A stretch of 64,000 nucleotides of DNA from contig CAWCIZ010000002.1 in NCBI GenBank assembly GCA_963795855.1, positions 96,001-160,000 of the forward strand, given 5' to 3'. Both the position numbers and the translations under genes were made by a program. Below, piece after piece: positions 30,940-41,298 of this stretch (position 1 is its first letter; the number at the start of each line of letters is the position of its first letter). The notes under the pieces were generated by a model. It was given only the letters and a program-made list of their open reading frames with translations, searched no databases and had not been told where the DNA came from. This stretch comes from Vulcanimicrobiota bacterium (lineage in GTDB: Bacteria > Vulcanimicrobiota > Vulcanimicrobiia > Vulcanimicrobiales > Vulcanimicrobiaceae).

Positions 30940-32530
30940 ATGCCCGAGGCGCAAGCCATACATCAGCAGCACACCGCCAAACAAATTTTCCTGAACACGT
31001 TCGCCGGCCTCGCCAGCAGCACGGGCTCGGCTCTGGCGGGCTTGATCGCGACGCCGCTGCTGATTTCGCGCCTCGGCGTCGAGACCTTCGGATTCTGGGC
31101 GGTGCTCACGGCGATGGTGAACTACGCGGGGCTGCTCGACGGCGGTCTGAACAGCACGTTCATGAAGTACATCGCCGAGTACGCTGCGCGCGGCGAACGC
31201 GACCGCATCCGTCAGGTCATCACATTCGGGGCATCGTTCTACGCAGTGTTGGGTTTCGTCGTTGCCCCGATTGCCGCGTATTTCGCGCCTTTCGCCATTG
31301 GGGTGATGCACGTCGATCCGGCTATAGCTCGACAAGGACCCGCCGTATTCGGATGGATAACGCTCTCGCTCTTTCTGACCGGCGGCGCGGCGGCGATTGC
31401 TTCGGTGCTCAGCGGCTTCGGCCAGTCCGCGAATCGTCTGGATGAGCAACTTCTTCAGCCGTACCGTCTTTTCGATCGTCGCCGTCGGTCTCTGTTATTT
31501 CGGTTTCGGATTGACCGGCATGGTATTGGCGACGTTCGCGCAGCTCGCCGTTTTCGCGCTGCTTACCGGAGTGGCGGCGCGGCGGCGCTTCGGATCGCTC
31601 TTCATAGCGCCGTGGCGGTGGGAGCGCAGCGTCATCAGAAATCTTTTCGCGCTCGGGGGTTGGATTCAACTCACGAACGCGTGCAGCACCATCGTCGTCG
31701 AGAGCAACCGGTTTATCATTTCTGCGTTCGTCTCGACGAGCGCCGTCACGTATTTCGAAGTCGCGAGCCGGCTCACGCGCGTTGCCCGATCGATACCATT
31801 CAACTTCATCGTCGCGCTGCTGCCCGCCGTCTCGGCCAGGAACGCCGCCCTTCCGGACGACGAGTTCAACGCGACGTACGTGCGAGCCAGCCGGTACGTC
31901 AACTACGCGACGATTTTTCTCGTCGGCTTCATCATTGCCGCCGGAAAGGTGCTCTCGTTCGCGTGGATCGGAACAATCTATCCGCACATCGGCCTCATCG
32001 TGCTGCTCGTCGGACTTTCATTCATCTTCATCAACGTCACGATGGTCGGGACCACGATGCTCCGCGCGATCGCTCTGGCCAAATACGAAACGTACTATTA
32101 TGCGGTGTGGACGGCTGCCAGCATCGCGCTGATGATGGCAACGGTGCCGTTTTTCGGAATGAACGGCGTGCTCGGCGGTATGGTTGGCGGCGCCGCTATC
32201 GGAGCCGCTTATTTTCTGACTCTGCTCCACCGTCTGCGCGATCTGCCGGCATGGCAGAGCTTTTTCGCATGGGCGCTTCCGCTTGCGGCGGTGGGCAGCA
32301 TCGCGATCGGCGTTACGGCCGCCGTTGCAAACCTGCTCGGAGTGCATGGAAGCAGAATCGCGGCCTGCGGAACGCTGGTCGAGCTTTTGGCCGTTTACTG
32401 CGTGGTTTTTGCCGCCGGAACGTTTGCGTGCCGCTTCTTCAATGGCAGCGACGTCGCGTTGCTCGGACGAATACTTCCGCCTCGTTTTGCGCGGCGGCTT
32501 TCCCGCTACGCGAGCTCGGCTCCAGCGTGA
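30940..32530 (+). CDS. Wzx-type flippase (frameshift near 31430)
   Basis: TPLLISRLGVETFG, multi-TM MOP-family pattern over two frames. Confidence 0.85.
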
Positions 32531-32642
32531 TCTAGTTCGAATGCCCTACGAGAACCTGAGAAGCCGGAACCTGATGCCCGGCGCGGATACCTTGATATTC
32601 TGAAATAGTGCGTTGTCCACCAGTCGCAAAAAGGAGTGCCCC

Positions 32643-33497
32643 GTGGCTCGATTGAGCGTCGTCATCCCCACAAAAAATTGCGTCGAACTCATGCGGAGAA
32701 CGATGGCCGCGCTTGATTTCGCAGACGAGGTCATCGTCGTCGACATGTATTCCACCGACGGCACGGCGGAACTCGTCCAGTCCTATCCCAACGCTCGGCT
32801 GATCAGCCGAAACGGCTACATCTACGGGAATGTGAATCACGGGTTCGACGCCGCAACCGGCGACTGGGTCATGCGATTGGATTCGGACGAAGTACCGACG
32901 CCCGAGCTCGGCCGGGAAATACGCGAACGAATCGAATCGGCGCCCGAAGATCTTTGCGGGTTCTACATTCCAAATCGGACGTATTATTCAAACCGGTGGC
33001 TTCGCTACGGCCCGGCTTACGATCCGCTTTCGCCGATCCCGGGTGAACGTTTCCGTCTCTGCCTGTTCCGAAAAGGCATGGGAAAATTCGAGTCTGAACT
33101 CGCGCATTCGGATCTGACCGTTTACGGCCGCTGCGAATACCTCAAAAACCGGTACGATCACTACTCGGTTCGTTCGTTTTCACACTACATCGCGAAGAAC
33201 AACTATTATACCGATCAGGACATCGAACACCTGGATGCAAACGCGTGCAATCCGAGATCGGAAGCATGGGCGATGTTGTGGGGGCCGATCAAAGAGTTCC
33301 TCGTCTTTTTCGTCAAAAGGAAGGGCTACAAGGACGGCCCCTTAGGCATCATCGCATGCGGCGGTTACGCAATGCTGCGCTTCATGATTCACGCCAAGCG
33401 TTGGGAACGGCTGACGGCGATGCAAAACGACATAAGCGACGCGGACAAGCGAACCATGCTGGAGTACGTGACCGCAAGCCACATCACCAACGTTTAA
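32643..33497 (+). CDS. Glycosyltransferase family 2
   Basis: LSVVIPTKN, VVDMYSTDGT, WVMRLDSDE; AAGGAG RBS before GTG 32643. Confidence 0.92.
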   Translation: MARLSVVIPTKNCVELMRRTMAALDFADEVIVVDMYSTDGTAELVQSYPNARLISRNGYIYGNVNHGFDAATGDWVMRLDSDEVPTPELGREIRERIESAPEDLCGFYIPNRTYYSNRWLRYGPAYDPLSPIPGERFRLCLFRKGMGKFESELAHSDLTVYGRCEYLKNRYDHYSVRSFSHYIAKNNYYTDQDIEHLDANACNPRSEAWAMLWGPIKEFLVFFVKRKGYKDGPLGIIACGGYAMLRFMIHAKRWERLTAMQNDISDADKRTMLEYVTASHITNV

Positions 33498-33502
33498 GGC
33501 TT

Positions 33503-35197
33503 CTAGTCGGCCCAAGCCTGGAACGCTTGGTACCGCGGATCCGGAACGAACGCGCCGCTCGCAATGCTTCCGAGCCCGATCGCAGCGAACGGTCCGCCTC
33601 CGTCGTCGCCGTCCCACACGCTTGCATTGACGATGCACGCGATCTGTGGATCGCCGTTCGAGATGCCGTATGCAAGGGACATGTCGCGCGCGGCTACGAG
33701 CGGGTCTTCACCCCATGCGCTCGTGTCGCTGGCGAAACCCGTTTCCGTCAAACAGATCTTCACGCCGGAATCGCCGTTGGAGGCCGCGATGCTTTCCGCG
33801 CCTCGGTAATTCTGCCATTGGTTCTCGTACGTCGGGCCATAATACACGGTCGGGTCGGTCTGCCATGCGAAATTGTGAATTGAGATGCCGTCCCAACACG
33901 TTCCCACGCGGCAGCCGGATGCGTAGATGTTCGACAAATCCGTAAACAGGTTGGTGTGCTGGCCGCCCCCGTTTGCCAAACCCGGTCCGTACACGAAGAT
34001 GCTCGGCGCCGCGGATTTCATCGCGGCGTATCCCGCCTTGAGGAAGGCGGCAATGCCGGCGCCGGTATCGGAATCCATGAACCAGTAGCTTTGGTTCGGT
34101 TCGTTCATCAGTTCCACGTGCGTAATCTGCGGCAGGCCCGAAGCAGCCATTTGCGCGTTGTGCTGAACGATCCAGCGCGCAACCGTTGCAACGTACGTGC
34201 CGTAGTCCGCCGCGCTCGTGAATGCTTTGTTCATCCCGACCGTCGACTGTATGCGCGCGCCGCCGTACTGCAGAATCGTCGGCATCATCGCAATGCCGTG
34301 CTCGGCAAGATGCGTCGAGATGTAATCGTAGCGAGTGAAATCTGCTCCGGTGCCGTCAAGACTTCCGGTCGTTCCGCCCCAGATGTACGAAGCTTGAATC
34401 TCGACGCGCGCGCAGGTTGCTCCGGCATTCGCGACCGCCTGTTCGGCGGAATCGATCAGCGCGTTCTTCACTGCGTCCGGAACGTTCTTGCACGGGTTCG
34501 TCGAGCAATCGCGGACCGTTTGCTCGTTGAGCGTCCACGAGTGGCCCATCACGCAATGCTTGCCCGGGGTCGGCACGATGCCGGTCACCGGCGGCATCGC
34601 AACCGGATTCGCAGTGGTAACACTGAAGGTGGCGCCGTTCGTAGCGACGGTGTACATCACACCCGGGGTACGCCGCCAGCGTACGCCCACGCTATTCGCG
34701 CCGACGCCGCCGTAGGCGTAAACCGTCGCGCCCGGCGAGACGCTTGCGGTGGTCGCAACCGGACCCGACGCAAGATGCAGCACGAGCGGAGCATCGTACG
34801 GAATCGTTCCGCCATTGGTAACCGGCGTGCAGATGGACGGACCGACGACCGCGCAAGCGGAGAGTACGCCCACCGATGCCGGTGGCGAGCCGGAACCGGA
34901 TCCCGGCGTGGCAGTGGGGTCTGGCGACGGAGGAACGGGCGGAGGCGTCGGCATCGGAGTCGACGTCGGCGACGGCGTGGAATGAGACGGCGAATTTGAA
35001 CCCGGCGTTGCGGTTGCACTCGGCGTTGGGGACGAACCCGGAGACGCGGTCGATCCCGGAATAGGCGTAGAACCGGTTTTCCCGGGGTTTTGACCTGTAA
35101 CGGACGGGACTACTCCGCCTCCTCCGCCGCCGCCGCAGGCGCACAGCGTCGCAGACGCCGCAAAGAAGCAGATCGCATAGACAACGTTTATCCGCAC
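33503..35197 (-). CDS. Lipoprotein glycoside hydrolase, clan GH-A (GH39/GH5-like), paralog 1 with Pro/Ser/Thr linker
   Basis: Lipobox LCAC; VELMNEPN acid/base; ICLTETG nucleophile. Confidence 0.82.
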   Translation of the reverse strand: MRINVVYAICFFAASATLCACGGGGGGGVVPSVTGQNPGKTGSTPIPGSTASPGSSPTPSATATPGSNSPSHSTPSPTSTPMPTPPPVPPSPDPTATPGSGSGSPPASVGVLSACAVVGPSICTPVTNGGTIPYDAPLVLHLASGPVATTASVSPGATVYAYGGVGANSVGVRWRRTPGVMYTVATNGATFSVTTANPVAMPPVTGIVPTPGKHCVMGHSWTLNEQTVRDCSTNPCKNVPDAVKNALIDSAEQAVANAGATCARVEIQASYIWGGTTGSLDGTGADFTRYDYISTHLAEHGIAMMPTILQYGGARIQSTVGMNKAFTSAADYGTYVATVARWIVQHNAQMAASGLPQITHVELMNEPNQSYWFMDSDTGAGIAAFLKAGYAAMKSAAPSIFVYGPGLANGGGQHTNLFTDLSNIYASGCRVGTCWDGISIHNFAWQTDPTVYYGPTYENQWQNYRGAESIAASNGDSGVKICLTETGFASDTSAWGEDPLVAARDMSLAYGISNGDPQIACIVNASVWDGDDGGGPFAAIGLGSIASGAFVPDPRYQAFQAWAD

Positions 35198-35336
35198 AAG
35201 AAACCCTCAGGTGCGGAGGCTCGACTCTTAAGTAGTCGGCAATAACGTGCGGTTCTGCAGCGTCAGCGCGGGCGCCGGAACGGCACCGACGGTAATACTC
35301 TTGTAAAGCCGCGGGCGAGGCGCGCTGTTGCGATGG

Positions 35337-36530
35337 CTACCGAAAGCTTCGGGGATTAGCCCATTTTTCGAAGACGGCGTAGCGTTCGTTCGGCACGAAT
35401 TTGTCGCCCTCGAGGCGACCGAGTCCCAGTGCGCCGAACGGTCCGCCGCCATCGTCGCCATCCCAAATGCTCGCGTTGACGATGCACGCGATTTGCGGAT
35501 CCTGATAGGCAAGCGCGTATGCACGGTCCATGTGCGCCGCCGCAGCCGCGGGCGTCTCCGGCAGCGGGCCGGCCGTAGTAAAGCCGGTTTCCGTAAGGCA
35601 GAGTTTTATGCCCGCATCGCCGTTTGCGGCAGCGATCGTCTCGACGCCTCGATAGTTCTGCCACTGATTCTCGAAGTCGGCGCCGTGATAATCATCGGGA
35701 TCCTGCGCCCACGCGAAATTATGGACGGAAAGCCCGTCCCAGCATGTGCCGGCCTTGCAGCCCGCCTGATACAAACCCCGAAGAACCAGAAACAAATTGG
35801 AGTGGCTATGGCCGCCGTTCGCCAAGCCGGGCGCAAAAACGAAAAGTTCGCGATCGACGGATTTCACCGCCGAATATCCGGCTTTTAGGAAATCGGCGAT
35901 CGTCGCGGGGTCGTTCGGCTGCGCAAACCAATAACTTTGATTCGGTTCGTTCATCAGCTCCACGCGCGTGATCTGCGGCAGGCGTTGTGCCGCCATCTGC
36001 CCATTGTGGTCGGCGATCCAGCGCGCGACCGTGCCGGCATACGTGCCGTAATCGTAAGCACTGGTGAACGCGCGATTTCTTCCGGAGGTCGTCTGAATGC
36101 GGGAGCCCCCATATTGAAGTATCACGGGGACCAGTGCGATTCCGTGCTGCGCTAAGTGCGTGGCAATATAATCGTACCGCGAAAAATTCGCGCCTTCACC
36201 GCTCAGAGCGCCGCGAGTTCCGCCCCAGATGAATGAGGCTTGGATCTCGACGCGCGCACACGTCGCGCCCGCATCGGCCGCAGCCTGCTCCGCCGCGTCG
36301 ATCAGTGCGTTTTTCGCTTCCAATGGAACGTTCTCGTGACCGACGCGTAAGGTCTTTTCTTGGAGCGTCCACGAGTGCCCCATCACGCAATACCGCCCCG
36401 CCGGCGGTCGCCGTATCTTCGAAGGAGCTGCGCCGTGCAGGTCCGTCTGCGCGCGTCCGGCAGCGCCGCAGGCGCCTAACAAATCGGCCATTATGACGAG
36501 CGTTGCCAGTGCCCATGCTCGTGCGCGCAT
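35337..36530 (-). CDS. Lipoprotein glycoside hydrolase, clan GH-A, paralog 2 (catalytic domain only)
   Basis: GGAGG RBS, ATG 36530, LGAC lipobox, VELMNEPN, LCLTETG. Confidence 0.82.
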   Translation of the reverse strand: MRARAWALATLVIMADLLGACGAAGRAQTDLHGAAPSKIRRPPAGRYCVMGHSWTLQEKTLRVGHENVPLEAKNALIDAAEQAAADAGATCARVEIQASFIWGGTRGALSGEGANFSRYDYIATHLAQHGIALVPVILQYGGSRIQTTSGRNRAFTSAYDYGTYAGTVARWIADHNGQMAAQRLPQITRVELMNEPNQSYWFAQPNDPATIADFLKAGYSAVKSVDRELFVFAPGLANGGHSHSNLFLVLRGLYQAGCKAGTCWDGLSVHNFAWAQDPDDYHGADFENQWQNYRGVETIAAANGDAGIKLCLTETGFTTAGPLPETPAAAAAHMDRAYALAYQDPQIACIVNASIWDGDDGGGPFGALGLGRLEGDKFVPNERYAVFEKWANPRSFR

Positions 36531-36593
36531 TAATGCCTCCGCAACGGTGCTTCGACTACACGGCGCCTGCGCACCTCGCCGCGGCGTGTAACG

Positions 36594-36623
36594 AAAAAAA
36601 AGCCGGGCTGACTGCCCGGCTTT
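36594..36623 (-). terminator. Intrinsic terminator after GH paralog 3
   Basis: AAAGCCGGGC-agtca-GCCCGGCTTT followed by a T tract on the minus strand. Confidence 0.85.
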
Positions 36624-36642
36624 CCCATGTTCGGCTTCTGCG

Positions 36643-38127
36643 CTATTTCGCCCACTGCCCGAAGGCGTTATACCGCGGGTTCGGAACGAACGTGCCGCTC
36701 GCGATGCTTCCCAGGCCAATCGCGCCGAACTGGCCGCCGCCGTCGTCGCCGTCCCAAAGGCTTGCGTTGACGATGCATGCAATGCGCGGATCGCTCAACG
36801 CCACCCCGTATGCGAGCGAGAGATCGCGAGCCGCGACGGCGGGGTCTTCACCCCACGCGCCCGTGTCGCTCGCAAACCCGGTTTCCGTCAGACAAATCTT
36901 TGCCGACGAATCGCCGTGCCCGTCGGCGATCGCCTCGACGCCGCGATAATTCTGCCATTGTCCCTCGAACGTCGGCCCATAGTACACCGTGGGATCCATT
37001 TGCCACCCGACGCTATGTATCGAAATGCCATCCCAGCAGACGCCGGAGCGGCAACCCGCGGCGTACAGGTTCGACAGATCGGTAAACATATTGGTGTGCT
37101 GCGATCCGCCGTTGGCGAATCCCGGAGCGTAAATCACCAGACTGGGATCGATCGCCTTCACCGCTTTGTAACCCGCTTTGAGAAACGCCGCGATTCCCGC
37201 CCCCGTGTCTTTGTCCATGAACCAATATGCTTCGTTCGGCTCGTTCAGCAACTCGACACGCGCGATCTGCGGAAGGCCCTTCGCAGCCATTTGCGCGTTG
37301 TGCGCGGCGATCCAGCGCGCGACCGTTCCCGCGTAAGTTCCATAATCTGCGGCTTTCGCAAACGCACCGTTGGAACCCACGCGCGACTGAATCCGCGATC
37401 CGCCGTACTGCGCTATGATGGGAAACATTGAAATACCATGCTGCGCGAGATCGGTTGCGATGTAGTCGTAACGCGAAAAATTCGCGTTGGCTCCCGAAAG
37501 GCTCCCGGTCGTGCCGCCCCAGATGTAGGAGGCCTGAATGTCGACGCGGGCGCAGGTCGCGCCCGCGTTTGCCACCGCCTGTTCCGCCGAATCGACCGCA
37601 GCCGCGTATGCCGCGTTCTTGTAATCGAGCGTCCAGCTGTGCCCCATGACGCAGTAGCGGCCGGGCGACGGCGCGTGCGCCGCGACGGCAGGCATCGGGA
37701 CCGGACTGGCGGTCGTTACGCTGAACGCCGCGCCGTTGGTCGAGACGGTGTACATCGCGCCGGGGGTGCGCCGCCAACGGATCGCAATGCTATTTCTTCC
37801 GACGCCGCCGTATGAGTAGACGGTTGCAGCCGGCGAGACTGTTGCGCGAGTAGTGGACGGAGCGTTGGTAAGACGCACAACGAGCGGTGAATCGTACGCA
37901 ATCGTTCCTCCGTTCGAAACGGGCACGCACTGCTGCGGGTACCCGACGAGATAACACGCGGATGAAACGCCGCTGCTTGCTGCAACGGCGGCGGTGCGTG
38001 TTTGCGGTACGGTGGTTTGCGTACCGGTATCCCTTGTAGCCGGCAACGCGCCGTTTTGATTGTTCGCGCAGCCGCCAAGAAGCGCCGCGATTGCCGTTGC
38101 GGCAATCGCGCAATGATGTAAACGCAA
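36643..38127 (-). CDS. Lipoprotein glycoside hydrolase, clan GH-A, paralog 3
   Basis: LGGC lipobox, VELLNEPN, ICLTETG; TTG start. Confidence 0.82.
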   Translation of the reverse strand: MRLHHCAIAATAIAALLGGCANNQNGALPATRDTGTQTTVPQTRTAAVAASSGVSSACYLVGYPQQCVPVSNGGTIAYDSPLVVRLTNAPSTTRATVSPAATVYSYGGVGRNSIAIRWRRTPGAMYTVSTNGAAFSVTTASPVPMPAVAAHAPSPGRYCVMGHSWTLDYKNAAYAAAVDSAEQAVANAGATCARVDIQASYIWGGTTGSLSGANANFSRYDYIATDLAQHGISMFPIIAQYGGSRIQSRVGSNGAFAKAADYGTYAGTVARWIAAHNAQMAAKGLPQIARVELLNEPNEAYWFMDKDTGAGIAAFLKAGYKAVKAIDPSLVIYAPGFANGGSQHTNMFTDLSNLYAAGCRSGVCWDGISIHSVGWQMDPTVYYGPTFEGQWQNYRGVEAIADGHGDSSAKICLTETGFASDTGAWGEDPAVAARDLSLAYGVALSDPRIACIVNASLWDGDDGGGQFGAIGLGSIASGTFVPNPRYNAFGQWAK

Positions 38128-38254
38128 TGATTTTCTCCCCGAAAAACAAATGGGCCGTTTGGCCCATCGGGGAGTCGGTTATCGTGCGGAGCGGGCACCC
38201 CATGCAAGGGTCGATATAGACTTTGTAAAGGATCGACCCTGCTCGCTACTAATG

Positions 38255-39361
38255 CTACCAACCGGACGACGTCGCTACGGCGTAACCGGGAACATCGTAA
38301 ACGATGTCGCGCAGCGACGCGACGAATCGCTCGGTGGAGAAGCGCTCCGCATGCCGGCGAATCGCCGCGGGGTCGAACGTCAATCGCTCGAACTTCCGAA
38401 TCGCTTGGGCGAAGGCCTGCGGGCTTTGCTCTGCGACCAAGAGGCCGCTTACGCCTTCGATGACCGTTTCCAGTGCGCCGCCTTGACCGAATGCGATGAC
38501 CGGCCGGCCGCAGGCCATCATCTCGACCGGCGTCATGCCGAAATCTTCCAGTCCGGGAAAAAGCAGCGCTCTCGCGCCGCGCATCAACCGCAACAGATCC
38601 TGATCGGTCACGTGCCCGAGCTGCTCGACGTGCGGCGCTTCGAACTGCGCGGATCGGCAGCCCGTCAAAATCAGGCGACGTTTTGCCAGGCGCGTCGCCT
38701 CAACGGCGATATCGATGCGTTTGTAGGGAACGTTCCGCGAGGCAACCAGATAATAGTCCTCGACCGCAGTGGGGCCCGGAACGAAATGCTTCGTGTCGAT
38801 TGGCGGGTGCACGAGCACGCTGAGGCGTCCGTAGTGCTTTGCGATCCGCTCCTGCGTGATCGCGCTGTTGGCGACGAACTGGTCGACCCGAACGGCGGCA
38901 GCTGCGTCCCACGTTCGCATGCGGCTCATCGTCATCGCCGCGAGCGGACGCAGCGCCCGGGGCACCGTTTCGAGTTCCTGATGCGGCCGCTCCCAAATAG
39001 CGCGCATCGGCGTGTGGCAATAGCAGATGTGCCGCTGCGCAGCATTGCGAAGCAGTCCCTTCGCCGCGGTATGGTGCGATGAAATGATGACGTCGTATGC
39101 CGAGAGATCGAAACTTTCTATTGCCAGCGGAAAGAACGGCACGAACAGCCGGTGGTGCGAGACCGCGCCGGGAACGCGCTGCAAAAAAGATGGAATGATA
39201 CGCGGAGCGAGCGAGGCGGGGCCGGTTTTCGCCGAATAAACGATCGCATAGATCGGCGCCTCGGGAAACGCTTTTGCGATCGTCTCGACGACGCGTTCGG
39301 CGCCTCCGCGCTGCACCAGCGGATCGGATACGATCGCGACGCGCGGACTCTTCGCCGTCAT
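38255..39361 (-). CDS. Glycosyltransferase family 4 (WbaZ-like)
   Basis: GGAERVV, YCHTPMR, EDFGMTPVEMMACGRPVIA. Confidence 0.92.
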   Translation of the reverse strand: MTAKSPRVAIVSDPLVQRGGAERVVETIAKAFPEAPIYAIVYSAKTGPASLAPRIIPSFLQRVPGAVSHHRLFVPFFPLAIESFDLSAYDVIISSHHTAAKGLLRNAAQRHICYCHTPMRAIWERPHQELETVPRALRPLAAMTMSRMRTWDAAAAVRVDQFVANSAITQERIAKHYGRLSVLVHPPIDTKHFVPGPTAVEDYYLVASRNVPYKRIDIAVEATRLAKRRLILTGCRSAQFEAPHVEQLGHVTDQDLLRLMRGARALLFPGLEDFGMTPVEMMACGRPVIAFGQGGALETVIEGVSGLLVAEQSPQAFAQAIRKFERLTFDPAAIRRHAERFSTERFVASLRDIVYDVPGYAVATSSGW

Positions 39362-40509
39362 GCGGCCGCTCGCGTGAGAATCGAAGCGACTTGCGCTGCG
39401 TGATCGCCGGCGTCGAAGCGCTGCGCCAAGACCCGCGCTGCATCGCTCATCGGGTGAAAGTCCGGCGTTCGAATGATTTCGGCGATCGCCGCCGCAAACG
39501 CCGCCTCATCGCCCTGCGGGACGACGCGTCCGTCTACCTTGTCCGTCAGCACTTCGCTCACGCCGGCGTCGGAGAAGCAAACCGTGGGCACACCGCACGC
39601 CGCCGCTTCGATGACGGAACGCCCGAAAGGCTCCCGATCGGAGCAGTTGACGTGCACGTCGAGCGCGGCGTACGCGTTTTTCACGTCGTCGACCCATGGG
39701 ACGAACGTTATGCAATCCTCGAGATTCAACGTTTTCACGCGTTGGTGCAGTTCGTCGACGAAATCGAGATCGCGAAAGACGGCATCCCCGACGATGAGGA
39801 ATCGAGCGTTGACGTTCCGTCGCACCTCCGCCGCGATCCGCACGAACGCGTCGTGCCCCTTCCAGCGGTTGATGCGTCCGACGATGCCGACCGTCGCAAC
39901 GCCTGGGCTGCGCGAAATGCCGAGCGCCGCGCACGCTGCGTCTCGAGAGGGAAGATCGCGGTAGGCGCGCAGGTCGAGCGGGTTGCGGACGACGGTCGTC
40001 GCGGGAAGCGCATATGCTCGTGCAACGGAGTTGGAAATCGCGATACGCTCCCGCGAACACGCGCTGCAGATCTTCCGCAGCGCAAAGAGCGGCGTGCCGT
40101 CCAGGATGTCGCGCAGATGCACGACGCAGCCCAATCCCGCAAGCCGCGCGGCGGGCGCTCCCACGAAGTGCGCCTTCACGGTGTGCGTGTACACCAAGTC
40201 GACGTGCTCCGCGCGCAGCCACCGCGCGAGGCGCGTAATGGCGAGCGGCGCCGCTGCCAAACCCGCCAACCGCGTACGCTCGCGCTTCGACGCGGAAAAG
40301 GCCTTCGAAACCTGCAGTATGCTGACGTCGAGGCCGGCGTCGCGCAGCCGTGCGGCGTACTTGCCGTCGTGAAACAAGAGCACGCGAGGCTCGATCCAAA
40401 CCGGCAGATGCGTTAACAAGAGCGCAAAACTTTCTTGCGCACCGCCTGACGCATCGCCCGTCTGATCGACGAACGCAACCCGCAATCGTTTATGCCCGGT
40501 AGAGCCCAT
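39358..40509 (-). CDS. Glycosyltransferase family 4
   Basis: GRINRWKG, EPFGRSVIEAAACGVP. Confidence 0.92.
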   Translation of the reverse strand: MGSTGHKRLRVAFVDQTGDASGGAQESFALLLTHLPVWIEPRVLLFHDGKYAARLRDAGLDVSILQVSKAFSASKRERTRLAGLAAAPLAITRLARWLRAEHVDLVYTHTVKAHFVGAPAARLAGLGCVVHLRDILDGTPLFALRKICSACSRERIAISNSVARAYALPATTVVRNPLDLRAYRDLPSRDAACAALGISRSPGVATVGIVGRINRWKGHDAFVRIAAEVRRNVNARFLIVGDAVFRDLDFVDELHQRVKTLNLEDCITFVPWVDDVKNAYAALDVHVNCSDREPFGRSVIEAAACGVPTVCFSDAGVSEVLTDKVDGRVVPQGDEAAFAAAIAEIIRTPDFHPMSDAARVLAQRFDAGDHAAQVASILTRAAA

Positions 40510-40740
40510 CTCGCCTATTATACGTGCGCGGTGCGGGATGCGGGAGGTAATAAAAGCGCCGGCGATGAGCGACTCGGCGTAAGACTTCCGGCTTATGGAA
40601 GCATGAGTACTCAGGCTCTTCGACGCTCCGGAGGCGCCCGAAAGAGCACCATGGCGCCTTGGGTATCGTGGCCCTTACCGCGAATCCGCGCGCGCCGTAC
40701 CGTTAAATGCGGCTGGATTCGCTGGTGAAAGGGCTGCAGG

Positions 40741-41298
40741 GTGGACCAACTTTGGTGGCAAGATAACCGCGTCTCGCACGCGGCTGCCGCGTTGCTCGTC
40801 GATCGCGACGGCGTGATCAACCGCAAGATCGACGGCGGTTACGTGCTCGACTACGATCGCGATTTCCGCTTCATACCAGAGTTTCTGTCCTGCGCGCGCC
40901 GCTTCAGCGAAGCCCAAATTCCAATAGTCGTGATCTCGAACCAAAGTTGCATCGGCCGCGGACTGGCCTGCGCCCAGGCACTGACGGTCATAATGGATCG
41001 CATGATAAGGGGCGCCGCCGCTGCCGGCGTTCGCATATCGGGCTACGCGATTTGCCCGCATTCGCCCCAGGATCGGTGCGCGTGCCGGAAACCCGCGGCG
41101 GGGCTGCTGCAAAGCGCCGCAGCGCGTTTTCAACTGCGCCTCTGGAATTGCCCATTCATCGGCGACTCCGCGACGGATATGGAAGCGGCGCACGCTGCCG
41201 GATGTCCCGGCATGCTCGTCGATGCAAATGACCCGATTCACTACCGCGACACGTTCAGAGAAGCGTTTTCATACATGTGCGCGAGGATTGCCGCATGA
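40741..41298 (+). CDS. gmhB: Heptose-1,7-bisphosphate phosphatase (HAD-IIIA)
   Basis: DRDGVIN, SNQS, CPH...CACRKP, IGDSATD. Confidence 0.85.
   Translation: MDQLWWQDNRVSHAAAALLVDRDGVINRKIDGGYVLDYDRDFRFIPEFLSCARRFSEAQIPIVVISNQSCIGRGLACAQALTVIMDRMIRGAAAAGVRISGYAICPHSPQDRCACRKPAAGLLQSAAARFQLRLWNCPFIGDSATDMEAAHAAGCPGMLVDANDPIHYRDTFREAFSYMCARIAA

Noticed and set aside
12953..32530. Mass pseudogenisation or programmed frameshifting of the locus
   Set aside because: Essential genes show the same defect, catalytic motifs are intact, and no consistent slippery sites were seen
32541..32603. Possible fourth precursor MPYENLRSRNLMPGADTLIF
   Set aside because: Lacks YxxP and the rest of the leader pattern; no clear RBS
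40510..40740. Possible riboswitch or ncRNA between the GT4 gene and gmhB
   Set aside because: Only weak hairpins and no recognisable aptamer consensus
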